Shown: piece after piece, positions 1-13,384 of the stretch
Layout of the letters: each line of letters opens with the position of its first letter
Position numbering within the stretch: position 1 is the first letter of the stretch
Source of the DNA: an uncultured Elusimicrobia bacterium
GTDB taxonomy: Bacteria > Elusimicrobiota > Elusimicrobia > 2-01-FULL-59-12
Assembly: GCA_963702895.1 (NCBI GenBank)
Contig: OY969767.1
Location: 1,454,315-1,518,314 of the forward strand
Length of the DNA stretch: 64,000 nt
Direction of reading: 5' to 3'
Notes under the pieces: model-generated
Seen by the model: the letters and a program-made list of their open reading frames with translations, nothing else
Told to the model about the DNA's origin: nothing
The model's database searches: none
Translations under genes and position numbers: made by a program

Positions 1-892
1 AAAGGTGTTTCCCAAAGTGATGGAAGGTGTCCTGCGCCTGAGGCGTCAGAGTCCACTCCCCCATCTCCGAATAGGACGCGGTCGGCAAATAGACGCGACC
101 GTGCGGCACATGCGCCTTGAGGTAATCCGAAATACGCGTGGTGAGGACCCAGTCCTTGTTGCTCTCAAGGACCGTGAGAAATTTCTCCAGCCATCCTTGC
201 TCATACACGTGGGCATAGGTGTCCGGCCAAAGGCCAAACTTTTCGCCATCATCAAACATGACGAGGGCTTTATGCCCGGACGGTGAGACATGCTGCCGCA
301 AGAGGTTGAGGGTCTCGGCGGGTTCCTTGAAGGGGATGGCGTAACGCAGGTCCTGACGGATGGGCAGGACCAGGACTGTCGAGCCCTGTTCCTCGCTCAT
401 GAAAGCCCCGCACATTTCCTCGAGGGACAGACCCGTGGAAAGGAAGTGGGTGTCATCCACCAAGGTATAGTCCACCTCGTTGTCCGCGAGCGTCTTCACC
501 AAGTGGGGCTCCCAGACGCGTTCGGCAAGCCACATGCCGCGGGGCTTGGTCTTGAATCGGGCCCGAATATAGCGAGAGAGTTTCTGAATTTGTCCTGACT
601 TGTCGAGCTCCGGCAGTGCCGGGAGGATCGGCTCGTAGAACCCCCCCGTCAGGATTTCCAATCGTCCCTCTTTGACCTGCGCGGCGACGCGGTCGATATA
701 GTCCGGGTGGTGCTTTTCCAGCCACTCCCACAGAATGCCCGTTGTGTGGAGGTTCCAGTGAATCGCGGGATGACGTTCCATCGCCTCAAGGAAAGGGAGG
801 TAGGCGTGGGTATAGGCCTTCTCAAAAACAAAATCAAAATTACCGATGGGCTGATGATTATGAACACCGAGGATGAAATGCACTTTGTTCAT
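1..892 (-). CDS. GH57 4-alpha-glucanotransferase/alpha-amylase (DUF1926-type), runs off window start
   Basis: Manual minus-strand translation MNKVHFILGVHNHQPIGNF...GGFYEPIL...GMWLAERVWEP...DDGEKFGLWP shows the GH57 conserved regions; ATGA overlap with the upstream PTS IIB stop. Confidence 0.9.
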   Translation of the reverse strand, partial: MNKVHFILGVHNHQPIGNFDFVFEKAYTHAYLPFLEAMERHPAIHWNLHTTGILWEWLEKHHPDYIDRVAAQVKEGRLEILTGGFYEPILPALPELDKSGQIQKLSRYIRARFKTKPRGMWLAERVWEPHLVKTLADNEVDYTLVDDTHFLSTGLSLEEMCGAFMSEEQGSTVLVLPIRQDLRYAIPFKEPAETLNLLRQHVSPSGHKALVMFDDGEKFGLWPDTYAHVYEQGWLEKFLTVLESNKDWVLTTRISDYLKAHVPHGRVYLPTASYSEMGEWTLTPQAQDTFHHFGKHL

Positions 893-1407
893 TGGGGCTG
901 TTCCCGGAGCGCTTCACGCTCTTCTTGCCAGCGCTGGAGATATCCCACCATATTCACCGGCTCATCGAGGGGAAGCGCCCGGGCCTCCAGGAGCACCCCC
1001 TTGGCCGTCAACGCTTTCAGGGCCCGCACATCGGCGTCATCGAGGCTAATCCCTTTTAGGATCTGGACGCGGCCTTGCCGAAAGTGCAGGCCGCCAAGGT
1101 TCACCGAGCTGATCGGCGCACCGAACTCGTAGAGGGAGAGGGCTTCGTCGGGCGTGGAGACAAGGACCAGCACGCGCTCGCTCTTCCAGGAATCATTTTT
1201 CCATAGGCGCGCCGTCTCCTCCAAGTTCAGGCAGGAGAGTCCCACGCCATGCGGTACGGCCAGCTGATAGAGGGCCTTCTGGGTATCATCGGCCCCCACC
1301 TCGTCGGAGGCCACGACGACATGCTGGACGCGAAAGCTCTTCACCCAGCCTTCGACCACCTGGCCATGCACCAGACGGTCATCGATGCGTAAAAGTTCAA
1401 CTCCCAT
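889..1407 (-). CDS. PTS mannose/sorbose-family EIIB component
   Basis: RIDDRLVHGQV motif, VNLGGL. Confidence 0.92.
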   Translation of the reverse strand: MGVELLRIDDRLVHGQVVEGWVKSFRVQHVVVASDEVGADDTQKALYQLAVPHGVGLSCLNLEETARLWKNDSWKSERVLVLVSTPDEALSLYEFGAPISSVNLGGLHFRQGRVQILKGISLDDADVRALKALTAKGVLLEARALPLDEPVNMVGYLQRWQEEREALREQPQ

Positions 1408-1814
1408 CAGCTCAGCCTCTTCAGTAAGAGGTCCTTGGCGGACACGATCGCGCGCCGGCCATCCTCCGCAACTTTGGCGGCAAGCGCCTTCAAATCCATT
1501 TTGTGCCGATTATTAATACCGGAGAGCAGCATGTAAAGGTTGACGCCGGTGAGGACTTCGGCGGGACGGTCCTTGGTTTTCAAGAGGGCGGTATTGCAGG
1601 GGGTGCCGCCCAGCATGTCCACGAGAATCAGGGCACCTTCCGGGGCATGGAGTTTCTCAAGCGTCTCGAGCAGCATCTGCCCGACGTCCTGCGGGCCCAT
1701 GTCCGGTGTGACCGCAAGGGCGACCAGGCCCTCCTGTCGGCCCGCGATATCCTGCACCGTTCGAAGGAGTTCGTGGCCCAATTGGCCATGGGTCAGGACA
1801 ATGATCGAAATCAT
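1407..1814 (-). CDS. PTS mannose/fructose-family EIIA component
   Basis: IIVLTHG and DMLGGTPCN motifs; start re-set to ATG 1814, which overlaps the rapZ stop. Confidence 0.92.
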   Translation of the reverse strand: MISIIVLTHGQLGHELLRTVQDIAGRQEGLVALAVTPDMGPQDVGQMLLETLEKLHAPEGALILVDMLGGTPCNTALLKTKDRPAEVLTGVNLYMLLSGINNRHKMDLKALAAKVAEDGRRAIVSAKDLLLKRLS

Positions 1815-2677
1815 CGTTCCATGTCCCGGTGAAGGACGCGGACTTTGCAACCACGCCTGGCCAGATAGGCCGAGAGGGCTTCGGTCATCACGACAGACCG
1901 GTGGCGCCCTCCCGTGCAACCGATCGCGATGGTCAGGTAACTTTTCCCTTCCTTCACATAGTGGGGCATGGACGAAGAGACCAGCTCAAAGAACATTTTT
2001 GAAAAACGCTGGGCCTGTGTGGTGGCCATCACGAATTGGCGAACGGAGGGTTCACGTCCGGTTTTATGACGCAGGTGCTGGATATAGTTCGGGTTCGGCA
2101 TAAAGCGCACGTCCCAGACCAGGTCCGCGTCCACCGGAAGGCCATACTTGTACCCAAAGGAGACCAGGCTCACCTGAATTTCGGAGCGCGAGTTCCGACG
2201 GCTATCAAAGAGATCCAAGATCCGCTGCTTCAGCTCCGCCAGCGTCAGATTGCTTGTATCGATGATTTTGTGCGCGAGTTCCTTGATCTTGAGCAGTTGC
2301 CTGCGTTCCTCGCGAATCCCCAACGAAACGCTTTTCCCCAAGGGATGACGCCGTCGCGTTTCGGAGAAACGGCGAAGCAGGGCTTTATCATCGGCGTCCA
2401 GAAAAACAATACGGCAATCCACACCCTGTCGTTTAAGCTTTTGGATCGTTTCGAGGAAATCTTGGAGGAACCCCCCCTCGCGCACATCGATGCCCAGCGC
2501 GACGCGCTGCAGACGTTTCCCGGATTCGGAACATAACTTGGCCATCTTGGGCAAGAGCGCAACCGGCAGATTATCCACACAGAAAAACCCCATGTCCTCT
2601 AAGCAGTTGAGGGTCTGGGACTTGCCCGCCCCCGACATGCCGGTCACGATCCAAAAGAGGACTTGATCTATTCTCAT
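1811..2677 (-). CDS. rapZ: RNase adapter RapZ (YvcJ family)
   Basis: TGMSGAGKS, DNLP, SFGYKYG, GCTGGRHRSV motifs. Confidence 0.95.
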   Translation of the reverse strand: MRIDQVLFWIVTGMSGAGKSQTLNCLEDMGFFCVDNLPVALLPKMAKLCSESGKRLQRVALGIDVREGGFLQDFLETIQKLKRQGVDCRIVFLDADDKALLRRFSETRRRHPLGKSVSLGIREERRQLLKIKELAHKIIDTSNLTLAELKQRILDLFDSRRNSRSEIQVSLVSFGYKYGLPVDADLVWDVRFMPNPNYIQHLRHKTGREPSVRQFVMATTQAQRFSKMFFELVSSSMPHYVKEGKSYLTIAIGCTGGRHRSVVMTEALSAYLARRGCKVRVLHRDMER

Positions 2678-2680
2678 CGG

Positions 2681-3649
2681 TTATCTGGCCTTCGCTTTCT
2701 TGGCCGCCGAGGTTTTCCTCGCCATGAGCGAAATGAGCTTGTTGCTAAAGTCTTTGGCGGCAAATTCCCCACGGTACTTGAGACGCTCATTGAGCGTCGC
2801 GACTTCCACGAGCACCGCGAGGTTTCTTCCCTGACGAACAGGCATCACGACCTCGGGGACACGGACACTTAAGATCGAGGTCGTCCTCTCGGAAAGGCCA
2901 ACGCGATCATACTCGACGGTTTGTTTCCATTCCTCCATGCGGATGACGAGCTCGATGCGCGTTTTATCGAGGACGCTGCCGACTCCAAAGATCTTCTGGA
3001 CATCGATAATGCCGACGCCCCGAAGCTCCATGTGATGACGGATGAGCTCCGCACCCGTCCCGAAAAGCACACCCCCCAAGCGGTGTTTGACCTCGACCAC
3101 ATCATCGGCGACGAGCATATGGCCGCGCTTGAGGAGTTCCAGGGCGCATTCCGATTTTCCAATCCCCGAGTCCCCCACCAAAAGGACGCCCAGCCCGTAG
3201 ACATTCATGAGCACACCATGAATGGTGGTGGTCGGCGCCAGTTTTTCTTCCATGTAGACCGTCAGCTCACCAATGAGGTGCGCGGTCGTGAGCGCCGAAC
3301 GCAGGAGCGGCACGTGCATGTCGTTGGCCAAATCGATGAGCTCACGGTGCGGCTTGATCCCTCGCGTGATCACCAGGCAGGGGAGTTTTTTGTCAAACGA
3401 AAAGACTTTCGCGATGGCCTCCTTGCGCTTGGCGCTGGCGAACGTTGAAAGATAGGTGTGCTCACCCAACCCCATGATTTGGACCCTTTCAGAAGGGAAG
3501 TAATCGAGGTAGCCCGACAGCGCCAGGCCTGGGCGGTTGATCTCCGAAACCGTGATCTCCCGGCGCAACCCCTTGGAGCCGCCCAGGAGCGTCAACTGCA
3601 GATCTCCTTCTTTGTCGCGCAACAGATCAGCAACGAGCAGGGATTTCAT
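2681..3649 (-). CDS. hprK: HPr kinase/phosphorylase
   Basis: NRPGLAL, GDSGIGKSECALEL, LVADD, GRNLA motifs. Confidence 0.96.
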   Translation of the reverse strand: MKSLLVADLLRDKEGDLQLTLLGGSKGLRREITVSEINRPGLALSGYLDYFPSERVQIMGLGEHTYLSTFASAKRKEAIAKVFSFDKKLPCLVITRGIKPHRELIDLANDMHVPLLRSALTTAHLIGELTVYMEEKLAPTTTIHGVLMNVYGLGVLLVGDSGIGKSECALELLKRGHMLVADDVVEVKHRLGGVLFGTGAELIRHHMELRGVGIIDVQKIFGVGSVLDKTRIELVIRMEEWKQTVEYDRVGLSERTTSILSVRVPEVVMPVRQGRNLAVLVEVATLNERLKYRGEFAAKDFSNKLISLMARKTSAAKKAKAR

Positions 3650-4132
3650 TTATAGTTGGTCCTCTTCTCGAATGAGTTTTAGGATATCCGGAACCGTGCG
3701 GGCCTCACGCAGCGCTTGCCTGAAAAACTTGTCCTTGAGGAGCCTGGAGATGCGCGCGAGCGCTTTCAGATGAAGCACAGCCGCATCCGGCGGCGCGACC
3801 AGGACGAACACGATATGGACGGGCTCGCCATCGAGCGCGTCAAACTGGACCCCCCGACGCGAAACACCGAAAGCGGCGGCCACGTGGGTGGCCTGATCCG
3901 ACTTGGCGTGTGGAATCGCAATACCTTGTCCAATGCCTGTGGAACCCAATTTTTCCCGCTCGATCAGCACGTCGACGGTCGTGGCAGCATCTTTGACCTT
4001 GCCCTCATTTTTGAGGAGTGCGATCAGCTCCTCCAGGACGCCGCGTTTACTGGTTGCCGAGAGCTCCGGGATAATAGCGCTGGGGCTTAGAATGTCCATA
4101 ATCTTTATTTTTTCATCTTGATTGGTTGGCAT
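3650..4132 (-). CDS. ptsN: PTS EIIA (Ntr/fructose-type)
   Basis: REKLGSTGIGQGIAIPHA; position after hpf. Confidence 0.85.
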   Translation of the reverse strand: MPTNQDEKIKIMDILSPSAIIPELSATSKRGVLEELIALLKNEGKVKDAATTVDVLIEREKLGSTGIGQGIAIPHAKSDQATHVAAAFGVSRRGVQFDALDGEPVHIVFVLVAPPDAAVLHLKALARISRLLKDKFFRQALREARTVPDILKLIREEDQL

Positions 4133-4153
4133 AGGGCCTCCTCAGGTTTCCCA

Positions 4154-4699
4154 TCATGAAATCGATTCGACAACACCGTAGGTTCGATCGGGTTTGCGAT
4201 AGAGAACGGTGACCCTCTGGCTGTCACGGTTCAGAAAAATCCAGTGGGCGCTGTCCGCCGCTTCCATGGCCGAAATCGCCTCGTTTAAGCTGAGCGCTGT
4301 GAGCTTCATCTGGCGCGCACTCGAAACACGATGGTCCGTGGGCTCCGGGGCAACGAGCGTGGCCGCCTTTTCCCACGATTTCGAGCGCGGGGAGCGACGC
4401 GGGTTGATCGCTCGGCGTTCACGATGACGCTCTTTGTAACGCCGGAGCTGTTCATCCAGATTGTCCGAAGCCAGATCGATCGCCGCGTAGAGATCGACAG
4501 ACTCCTCTTTGGCAGCGAAGGTGTAGCCGGCGGCATGGAGGATGATTTCGGCCCGATGACGCTGCTTGGCCACTTCCAGGACGACCTGGGCCCAGATCAG
4601 ATGATCATTAAAGCGACGCGCTTTTTCAAGTTTTTTTTCGACGTAATCCTTGATCGCAGGCGTCAGTTTGATGTGCCGAGCCGAAATATTGACTTGCAT
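4154..4699 (-). CDS. hpf: Ribosome hibernation promoting factor (long HPF/RaiA)
   Basis: MQVNISARHIKLTPAIKDYVEKK, DLYAAID, C-terminal S30AE domain. Confidence 0.92.
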   Translation of the reverse strand: MQVNISARHIKLTPAIKDYVEKKLEKARRFNDHLIWAQVVLEVAKQRHRAEIILHAAGYTFAAKEESVDLYAAIDLASDNLDEQLRRYKERHRERRAINPRRSPRSKSWEKAATLVAPEPTDHRVSSARQMKLTALSLNEAISAMEAADSAHWIFLNRDSQRVTVLYRKPDRTYGVVESIS

Positions 4700-4708
4700 A
4701 AACGCCTC

Positions 4709-5428
4709 CTATAAACTGAATTTATCGCCAAGATAAAAGCGCCTGGCGTCGGGATGAGAGAGCACTTCATGGGCGCTCCCCTCGACACGGACCTGACCCT
4801 CATGCAAAATGTAGGCGCGGTCCACGATCTCCAGAGTCTCCCGGACGTTATGGTCCGTGATGAGCACTCCGATCCCGCGCGACTTGAGATTGACCACCAC
4901 GCTCTGGAGATCCGCGACCGCCAAAGGATCAATCCCAACAAACGGCTCATCCAGCAAGAGATATTTGGGGTCCGTCACCAGGGCACGCGCCACCTCGCAT
5001 CGTCGTTTTTCCCCGCCCGAGAGGGTCTGCGCCATCTGGGAACGCAATTTCTCGAGGCCGAGCTCCGCGAGCAAACCGTTGATTTTTTCCCCCTTCTCCT
5101 GCCCGGGGAAGTCGCGCATTTGAAGGACGGCCATTAAATTCTCCTCAACGCTCAGACGCCGAAAGATCGAAGGCTCCTGCGCCAGGTATCCGATCCCGAG
5201 GCGCGCGCGCTCATACATCGGCTTGCGCGTGATGTTTTCCGTATTGAGCAGGATCGATCCGGCGTCAGGCCTGACCAAACCCATCACCATCTGAAAACAG
5301 GTGGTCTTGCCCGCACCATTGGGTCCCAGGAGGCCCACCACTTCTCCCGGTCGCACATACACTTCGACGCCACGCACCACCTTGCGGCGACCATACGACT
5401 TTTCAAGACCTTGGGCGACCAGGTTCAT
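4709..5428 (-). CDS. lptB: LPS export ABC transporter ATPase LptB
   Basis: GPNGAGKTT, LSGGEKRR, DEPFVGIDP, ITDHNVRETL. Confidence 0.96.
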   Translation of the reverse strand: MNLVAQGLEKSYGRRKVVRGVEVYVRPGEVVGLLGPNGAGKTTCFQMVMGLVRPDAGSILLNTENITRKPMYERARLGIGYLAQEPSIFRRLSVEENLMAVLQMRDFPGQEKGEKINGLLAELGLEKLRSQMAQTLSGGEKRRCEVARALVTDPKYLLLDEPFVGIDPLAVADLQSVVVNLKSRGIGVLITDHNVRETLEIVDRAYILHEGQVRVEGSAHEVLSHPDARRFYLGDKFSL

Positions 5429-5916
5429 GAGGAGCCCGGCACCACATGACCACGGACCTGGCCGGTGAGCCGCGCCTTACCCGGGGTCTTCGTATCAATC
5501 CAACCGCGATCCGCACGAAACTGTGCCTGACCCGAAACGCTATGAAGATAAACAGCCACCTGAGTTTTGCCCCAGAGCTCCACCGTGTCTTTCGACGGAT
5601 AATAGACCGCCTCTTCGCTCTCGATGCGGACCTTTTCCTTCTTGGGGGAAACCCAGCTGCCCACCACATGCCCCTGCGCCTCGACCCGCCCATCGGCTTT
5701 GACGCGGACCATCCGGTCGGATCTCACTTCATAGGGGCCCTGCGTCAGCACCACATGGCCTCGAAAGATGGTGAGCGCGCCGTTGTTTTGGAGCTCAAGC
5801 TCATCACTGGTGATGGTCGCGGGCGTCTCCGGCCCCTTCGCGAACGTCAGCCCTGCTGTGCCCAAAACCACCAGGGCCCTGATGAAGAACCGCTGCACCG
5901 ATGCCCTTGCGTTCAT
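5425..5916 (-). CDS. lptA: LptA/OstA-family LPS transport protein
   Basis: Signal peptide, ITSDELE..FRGHVVLTQG beta-jellyroll pattern, between lptC and lptB. Confidence 0.75.
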   Translation of the reverse strand: MNARASVQRFFIRALVVLGTAGLTFAKGPETPATITSDELELQNNGALTIFRGHVVLTQGPYEVRSDRMVRVKADGRVEAQGHVVGSWVSPKKEKVRIESEEAVYYPSKDTVELWGKTQVAVYLHSVSGQAQFRADRGWIDTKTPGKARLTGQVRGHVVPGSS

Positions 5917-6452
5917 GGTTGAAGGCCCTTCTTAAATCGCACTTTTTGACGCCCGATTTTAACACGTTGGAGCTCGGGATCGGTCTCCAGCCCAATGCCT
6001 TCTGTGATGGAATCCTGTTTCTCAAGCCGCACGGGGTCTTCCGAGCGAATTTTGCGAGTTTCCGGATCATAGCGCATCCGCTCCGTGGTGAGTGTGGAAG
6101 AATCCGAGCTCACCACGCTGACGCCCCCCCAGGCTTCCACCACGTGGGTCTCGGTTTGAACTTTGCCGGAAGGCGCGCTCATCTGCGAGGACACACGTCC
6201 TTCTTGATAAAAAAGGACGATGGGCTTCTCAAGCTCCGCGTACTTCTGTTCATCATAAATGCGCGCTTCGATCGAACGAAGCGTCATCGTTTTGACGCTG
6301 TGGCGCAAATCGTTCATCTCAAAGTCTTTGAGAATCTGTGTGGGCGATGGCGAAACCACGGGCGTCGTGAGGGCCTCTTGAGCAGCCCGCCTGCACGCGA
6401 GGAAGGCGGGACATGCGCCGAGCAAAAGGATCACCAGCGCGGCCCTGCTCAA
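5913..6452 (-). CDS. lptC: LPS export periplasmic protein LptC
   Basis: LTTERMRYD...IRSEDPVRL...GIGLETD pattern; synteny after kdsD. Confidence 0.85.
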   Translation of the reverse strand: MSRAALVILLLGACPAFLACRRAAQEALTTPVVSPSPTQILKDFEMNDLRHSVKTMTLRSIEARIYDEQKYAELEKPIVLFYQEGRVSSQMSAPSGKVQTETHVVEAWGGVSVVSSDSSTLTTERMRYDPETRKIRSEDPVRLEKQDSITEGIGLETDPELQRVKIGRQKVRFKKGLQP

Positions 6453-7444
6453 AGAATACCCTCCGCCAGAAGATCCCGCTCATCGAGGACCCCGATGGGC
6501 CTCCCCTTCGCGTCAACGACCGGGAGATTATCGCAGCGATAGCGGCGTAACAGTTCCGCGGCTTCGCCGACCCGTGTATCCGGAGAGACCCGATGAGGCT
6601 TTTGCGTCATCACGCGCTTGACCCATTGTTGCAGAATGAGCGGCTGCCTGGGAGCAAGTCGCCTGAAATCGCCATCCGTAAAATAGCCGGTTAAGCGTCC
6701 CGAAGCGTCGACGACACTCGTGGCGCCGAGTCGGGTCCGGGTCATGACCTCCAGGGCCCGGCGGACGGAGTGGTCCTCGCGTACCACGGGATTCTCCCGT
6801 CCCTTATGCATCACATCCTTGACCGTCCAGAGGAGGCGCTTGCCCAACACGCCGCCGGGATGAAGCCTGGCGAAATCTTCGGCCTGAAAACCACGCGCGT
6901 CCATGAGCGCCATCGCCAGGGCATCCCCCAGCGCGAGCATCGCCGTCGTCGAGGTCGTCGGCGTGAGATTGTAGCGGCAGGCCTCTCGACGAACCGTCAC
7001 CGGCAGAAAGACTGTGGACGCTCGAGCCAGGCGCGAATGAGGCCGCCCGGTCAGGCCAATCAAGGGGACCTGCATCGCATGGATGGAGGGCAGCAAGCGC
7101 TTGAGCTCTTCGGTCTCTCCGGAGTAGGAAAGCGCCAGCACCACGTCCAGCGGTGTGATCATGCCTAAATCACCATGCATCCCTTCGGAAGGATGCACAA
7201 AGATGGCCGGCGTTCCCGTCGAAGCAAGGGTCGCGCTGATCTTTCGGCCGATGAGGCCGGATTTGCCGACACCCAGCACCACGACACGTCCACGGCACTG
7301 TTTGAGGAGCCGGATCGCTTGGGCAAAGCGCGCGTCCACATGCCGCAGCTGCGCGCGCACGGTATCGGCCTCCAAACGAAGCACGTCTTTGACGCGCTTG
7401 ATCAGGACAGAGTCTTGAATGTCCGATTTAGGATTTTTGGGCAT
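6449..7444 (-). CDS. kdsD: Arabinose-5-phosphate isomerase KdsD (SIS + 2 CBS)
   Basis: GVGKSG, HGDLGM, SYSGETEE, PTTSTT, HPGG. Confidence 0.95.
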   Translation of the reverse strand: MPKNPKSDIQDSVLIKRVKDVLRLEADTVRAQLRHVDARFAQAIRLLKQCRGRVVVLGVGKSGLIGRKISATLASTGTPAIFVHPSEGMHGDLGMITPLDVVLALSYSGETEELKRLLPSIHAMQVPLIGLTGRPHSRLARASTVFLPVTVRREACRYNLTPTTSTTAMLALGDALAMALMDARGFQAEDFARLHPGGVLGKRLLWTVKDVMHKGRENPVVREDHSVRRALEVMTRTRLGATSVVDASGRLTGYFTDGDFRRLAPRQPLILQQWVKRVMTQKPHRVSPDTRVGEAAELLRRYRCDNLPVVDAKGRPIGVLDERDLLAEGIL

Positions 7445-7681
7445 GGCTCGGGCTCTTCGGATGCAACCAGGGCGTCACCTCCGGTGGCAAGGCGCGCACA
7501 TAGGGTTTCAAAAGGAACTTCGCCACAAAGAAAAAGACGATGATCAAGGCATAGACCATCCCAAGGGTGCGAGCGTGCCAGCGCCACGTGGGTTGCCATA
7601 ACGGCGGCAGCTTTAAGTTCATGCCGCATTTTCGGCAGGCGTTGGCGATGTCTTTATTGTCAGTTTGGCATTGAGGACATT

Positions 7682-7685
<4 letters not shown>
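7428..7685 (-). CDS. Small zinc-ribbon membrane protein
   Basis: CPQC..CRKCG followed by one TM helix; overlaps both neighbours. Confidence 0.75.
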
Positions 7686-10917
<3,232 letters not shown>

Positions 10918-10925
<8 letters not shown>

Positions 10926-11910
10926 GGGTCTTCACAGCCTTGGCGAGTTCTTCCACACTCACACTGGCTGTCCCCAGCTTGCCCACGACAAGACCCGCGG
11001 CATGATTGGCGAGCTCCGCCGCTTCACGCAGGGTGGCACCCGCGGCCAGCGCCAGCGTGAGCGTGCTGATCACGGTATCCCCAGCTCCCGTCACATCAAA
11101 GACCTCCCGCGCTCGGGCGGGGATATGATAGACGGGCTTGCCCTTTTCAAAGAGACTCATGCCATGCTCCCCGCGCGTCACGAGGACTGAGCGGGCCTGG
11201 ATCATGCGCCGGAGCGTGTTGCCTAAATTCTCCACATCCTTCAGATCGCGCAGGGCGCGCACGCCAGCGCTTTCCATCGCCTCCTGAGTATTGGGCGTGA
11301 CGCAGCTCACGCGCTGATAGAGTTTGAAGTTCTCCACTTTCGGATCGACCGTAATGGGAATATGGAGCTTGTGGGCCAAAGGGATGAGCCGCTTGATCAG
11401 GGAAGGCGTGACGACGCCCTTGTCATAGTCGGAAAGAATCACGGCCTGGACCTGGGGAAGAAGCCGCTCGACATGGGAAATGATTTCCTCGCGCAAGTGA
11501 TCGGAAAACTCTCCGCGAACTTCGCGGTCTACCCGCACCACCTGCTGGTGCTGCGCTATGACGCGCGTTTTGACGATCGTGGGTCGCTCCGGTGTGCAAA
11601 TCGCCGATTCAGTCCGGATGGGCCACCGCTCGAAAAGCGAGAGAAGCCGATCGGCGGCGGTGTCTGCGCCCAGGAGCCCCACGACATGGACTTCCGCGCC
11701 CAAAGAAGCGAGGTTCACGGCGACATTGCCGGCCCCTCCCGGCATCTCGGTTTCACGGGTCACCTGGACCACGGGCACGGGCGCCTCCGGGGAGATTCTG
11801 GACACGGACCCCCAGACAAAATGGTCCAGCATCAAATCCCCGATCACAAGAGTTTTGAGGTGCTTAAAACGATCCAGGATTTTAATGATTTTACGTCGGG
11901 GGTCGAGCAC
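10918..11910 (-). CDS. rfaE1: D-glycero-beta-D-manno-heptose-7-phosphate kinase (HldE kinase domain/HldA)
   Basis: RISPEAPVPV, GGAGNVA, SDYDKG, DVTGAGDT. Confidence 0.93.
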
Positions 11911-11927
11911 GCAGAATCTTACAAAAT

Positions 11928-12839
11928 CTATCTGGCTCTGTCACTTGTAGCCTCCACGGACGGACCGCTTTCCTTCCCCCGCTGATACCGGGTGAGCTCA
12001 GCCGAGACGTGACCGATAAAGACTTCCGAGCGCATGCGGACGGGCATCCGGTGCGCGTCATCGGTCAACCAAACCTGGATCTTCTTTCCCTTGCTGATAA
12101 AGATGCCCGGACCTCGCAGCATCGGTTCCACGAGCAAACAGTCGAACTTTCCAGCAGGCACTTTGACTTTTTCGCGTTTGAGGACCCGCACCTCCAGAGG
12201 ATAGACCTTCTCACCATTGTGAACGTCAAAGGTATAACTTTGACCTATCTCCAGCAGGAGCGTCCGAACGTAATATAAGCTCCCGAACGAATCGAGGGCA
12301 TGGGCGGGGAGATCCCCCTCTTTCTCTTCATAGCTGTCTTTATCGACCCGATAGGACCTTGTTTTCCATCGGTGATTCACTTGATCAAGGAGGCTTGTCT
12401 CTTCGATTTGAAATTTCCCTTCGCGGATGCGCTTTTCATAACGCACCGTCACAAGCGCATCCTGATCGAGCCACAAATCATTCTTATCCTTAACCTTGTA
12501 AAAAGCACTCACCACACCCCCCGATCGGGCAGTGGAGAGGATGTGATAGGTGGGGCGCCCCTCGAGCGTCACGATTTCAGGGATGGACAAACTGGCGTAA
12601 CCCCCCACGATCACGCCCCATTTGAGCACAAATTGAAGATCTTCACCTTGCGCGAAAGCCGTATGGGGGACAGACCGCCAGGCGGAAGAAGACGCGGCAA
12701 CCGTGGAAGTTTCGACAGACGCGGTGGACATACTGACCCCAGGCTCTTGCGCGCTGACCGAGGAAATCGAAAGACCCCCCAGCAGACACCCACAAAGCCC
12801 CACGAAGCGGAAGCCCTGTATCCTCATGCTCAAGCCCAT
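11928..12839 (-). CDS. DUF3108-family exported protein
   Basis: GEDLQF..KWG, E.VKVPAGKFDC, VWLTDDAHRMPV pattern; signal peptide; start 12839 or 12827. Confidence 0.8.
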   Translation of the reverse strand: MGLSMRIQGFRFVGLCGCLLGGLSISSVSAQEPGVSMSTASVETSTVAASSSAWRSVPHTAFAQGEDLQFVLKWGVIVGGYASLSIPEIVTLEGRPTYHILSTARSGGVVSAFYKVKDKNDLWLDQDALVTVRYEKRIREGKFQIEETSLLDQVNHRWKTRSYRVDKDSYEEKEGDLPAHALDSFGSLYYVRTLLLEIGQSYTFDVHNGEKVYPLEVRVLKREKVKVPAGKFDCLLVEPMLRGPGIFISKGKKIQVWLTDDAHRMPVRMRSEVFIGHVSAELTRYQRGKESGPSVEATSDRAR

Positions 12840-13381
12840 AAGCCGGATTTCCAATAGAGATAAACGAGCAAGGCCAGGCCTCCCGCAAGGCACTCATATT
12901 CCCGGTTCCGCATGTAGAGTTCCCAACTAAAGCGCTGCTCGCCCAGCCCCCGGACCCGACCACGAAACGGTAAAAACGCTGGGACCTGTCGGGAATAGGA
13001 CGCGTAAGCGTCACCTAAAGAAAAGAATAATTCTTTTTCTTCAGCCAGTGTTTTAGCGCGATACAGGACCCCAAACCCTACCAGAAACGCCAGCCATAGG
13101 CCGCCCACAGAGAAGCTCGGGGGCCATTGCCAGAGCATAAGACTGAAGCCCGTCCCGATCAGAAAACTACCCACGTAGAGGGGGTTGCGGATCCAGGCGT
13201 AAGGACCTCCCACCGCAACGCGCTTTCCTTTCAAAAGGTAGCCCGCCGCCCAGGAACGCAAGAGACAGCCTGACAGAATCAGAGCCAAAGCCACGCCGAT
13301 GGGTGTACGGACATCGGGGCGAGCGACCACGAGATACCAAGCGGCGAAAAGAAAGCCCAGGGGAACCCTCCACCGGGTCAT
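12830..13381 (-). CDS. Isoprenylcysteine carboxyl methyltransferase (ICMT/PEMT)-family membrane protein
   Basis: GPYAWIRNPLYVG, EEKEL..Y..Y...VP. Confidence 0.88.
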   Translation of the reverse strand: MTRWRVPLGFLFAAWYLVVARPDVRTPIGVALALILSGCLLRSWAAGYLLKGKRVAVGGPYAWIRNPLYVGSFLIGTGFSLMLWQWPPSFSVGGLWLAFLVGFGVLYRAKTLAEEKELFFSLGDAYASYSRQVPAFLPFRGRVRGLGEQRFSWELYMRNREYECLAGGLALLVYLYWKSGLWA

Positions 13382-13384
13382 GGG

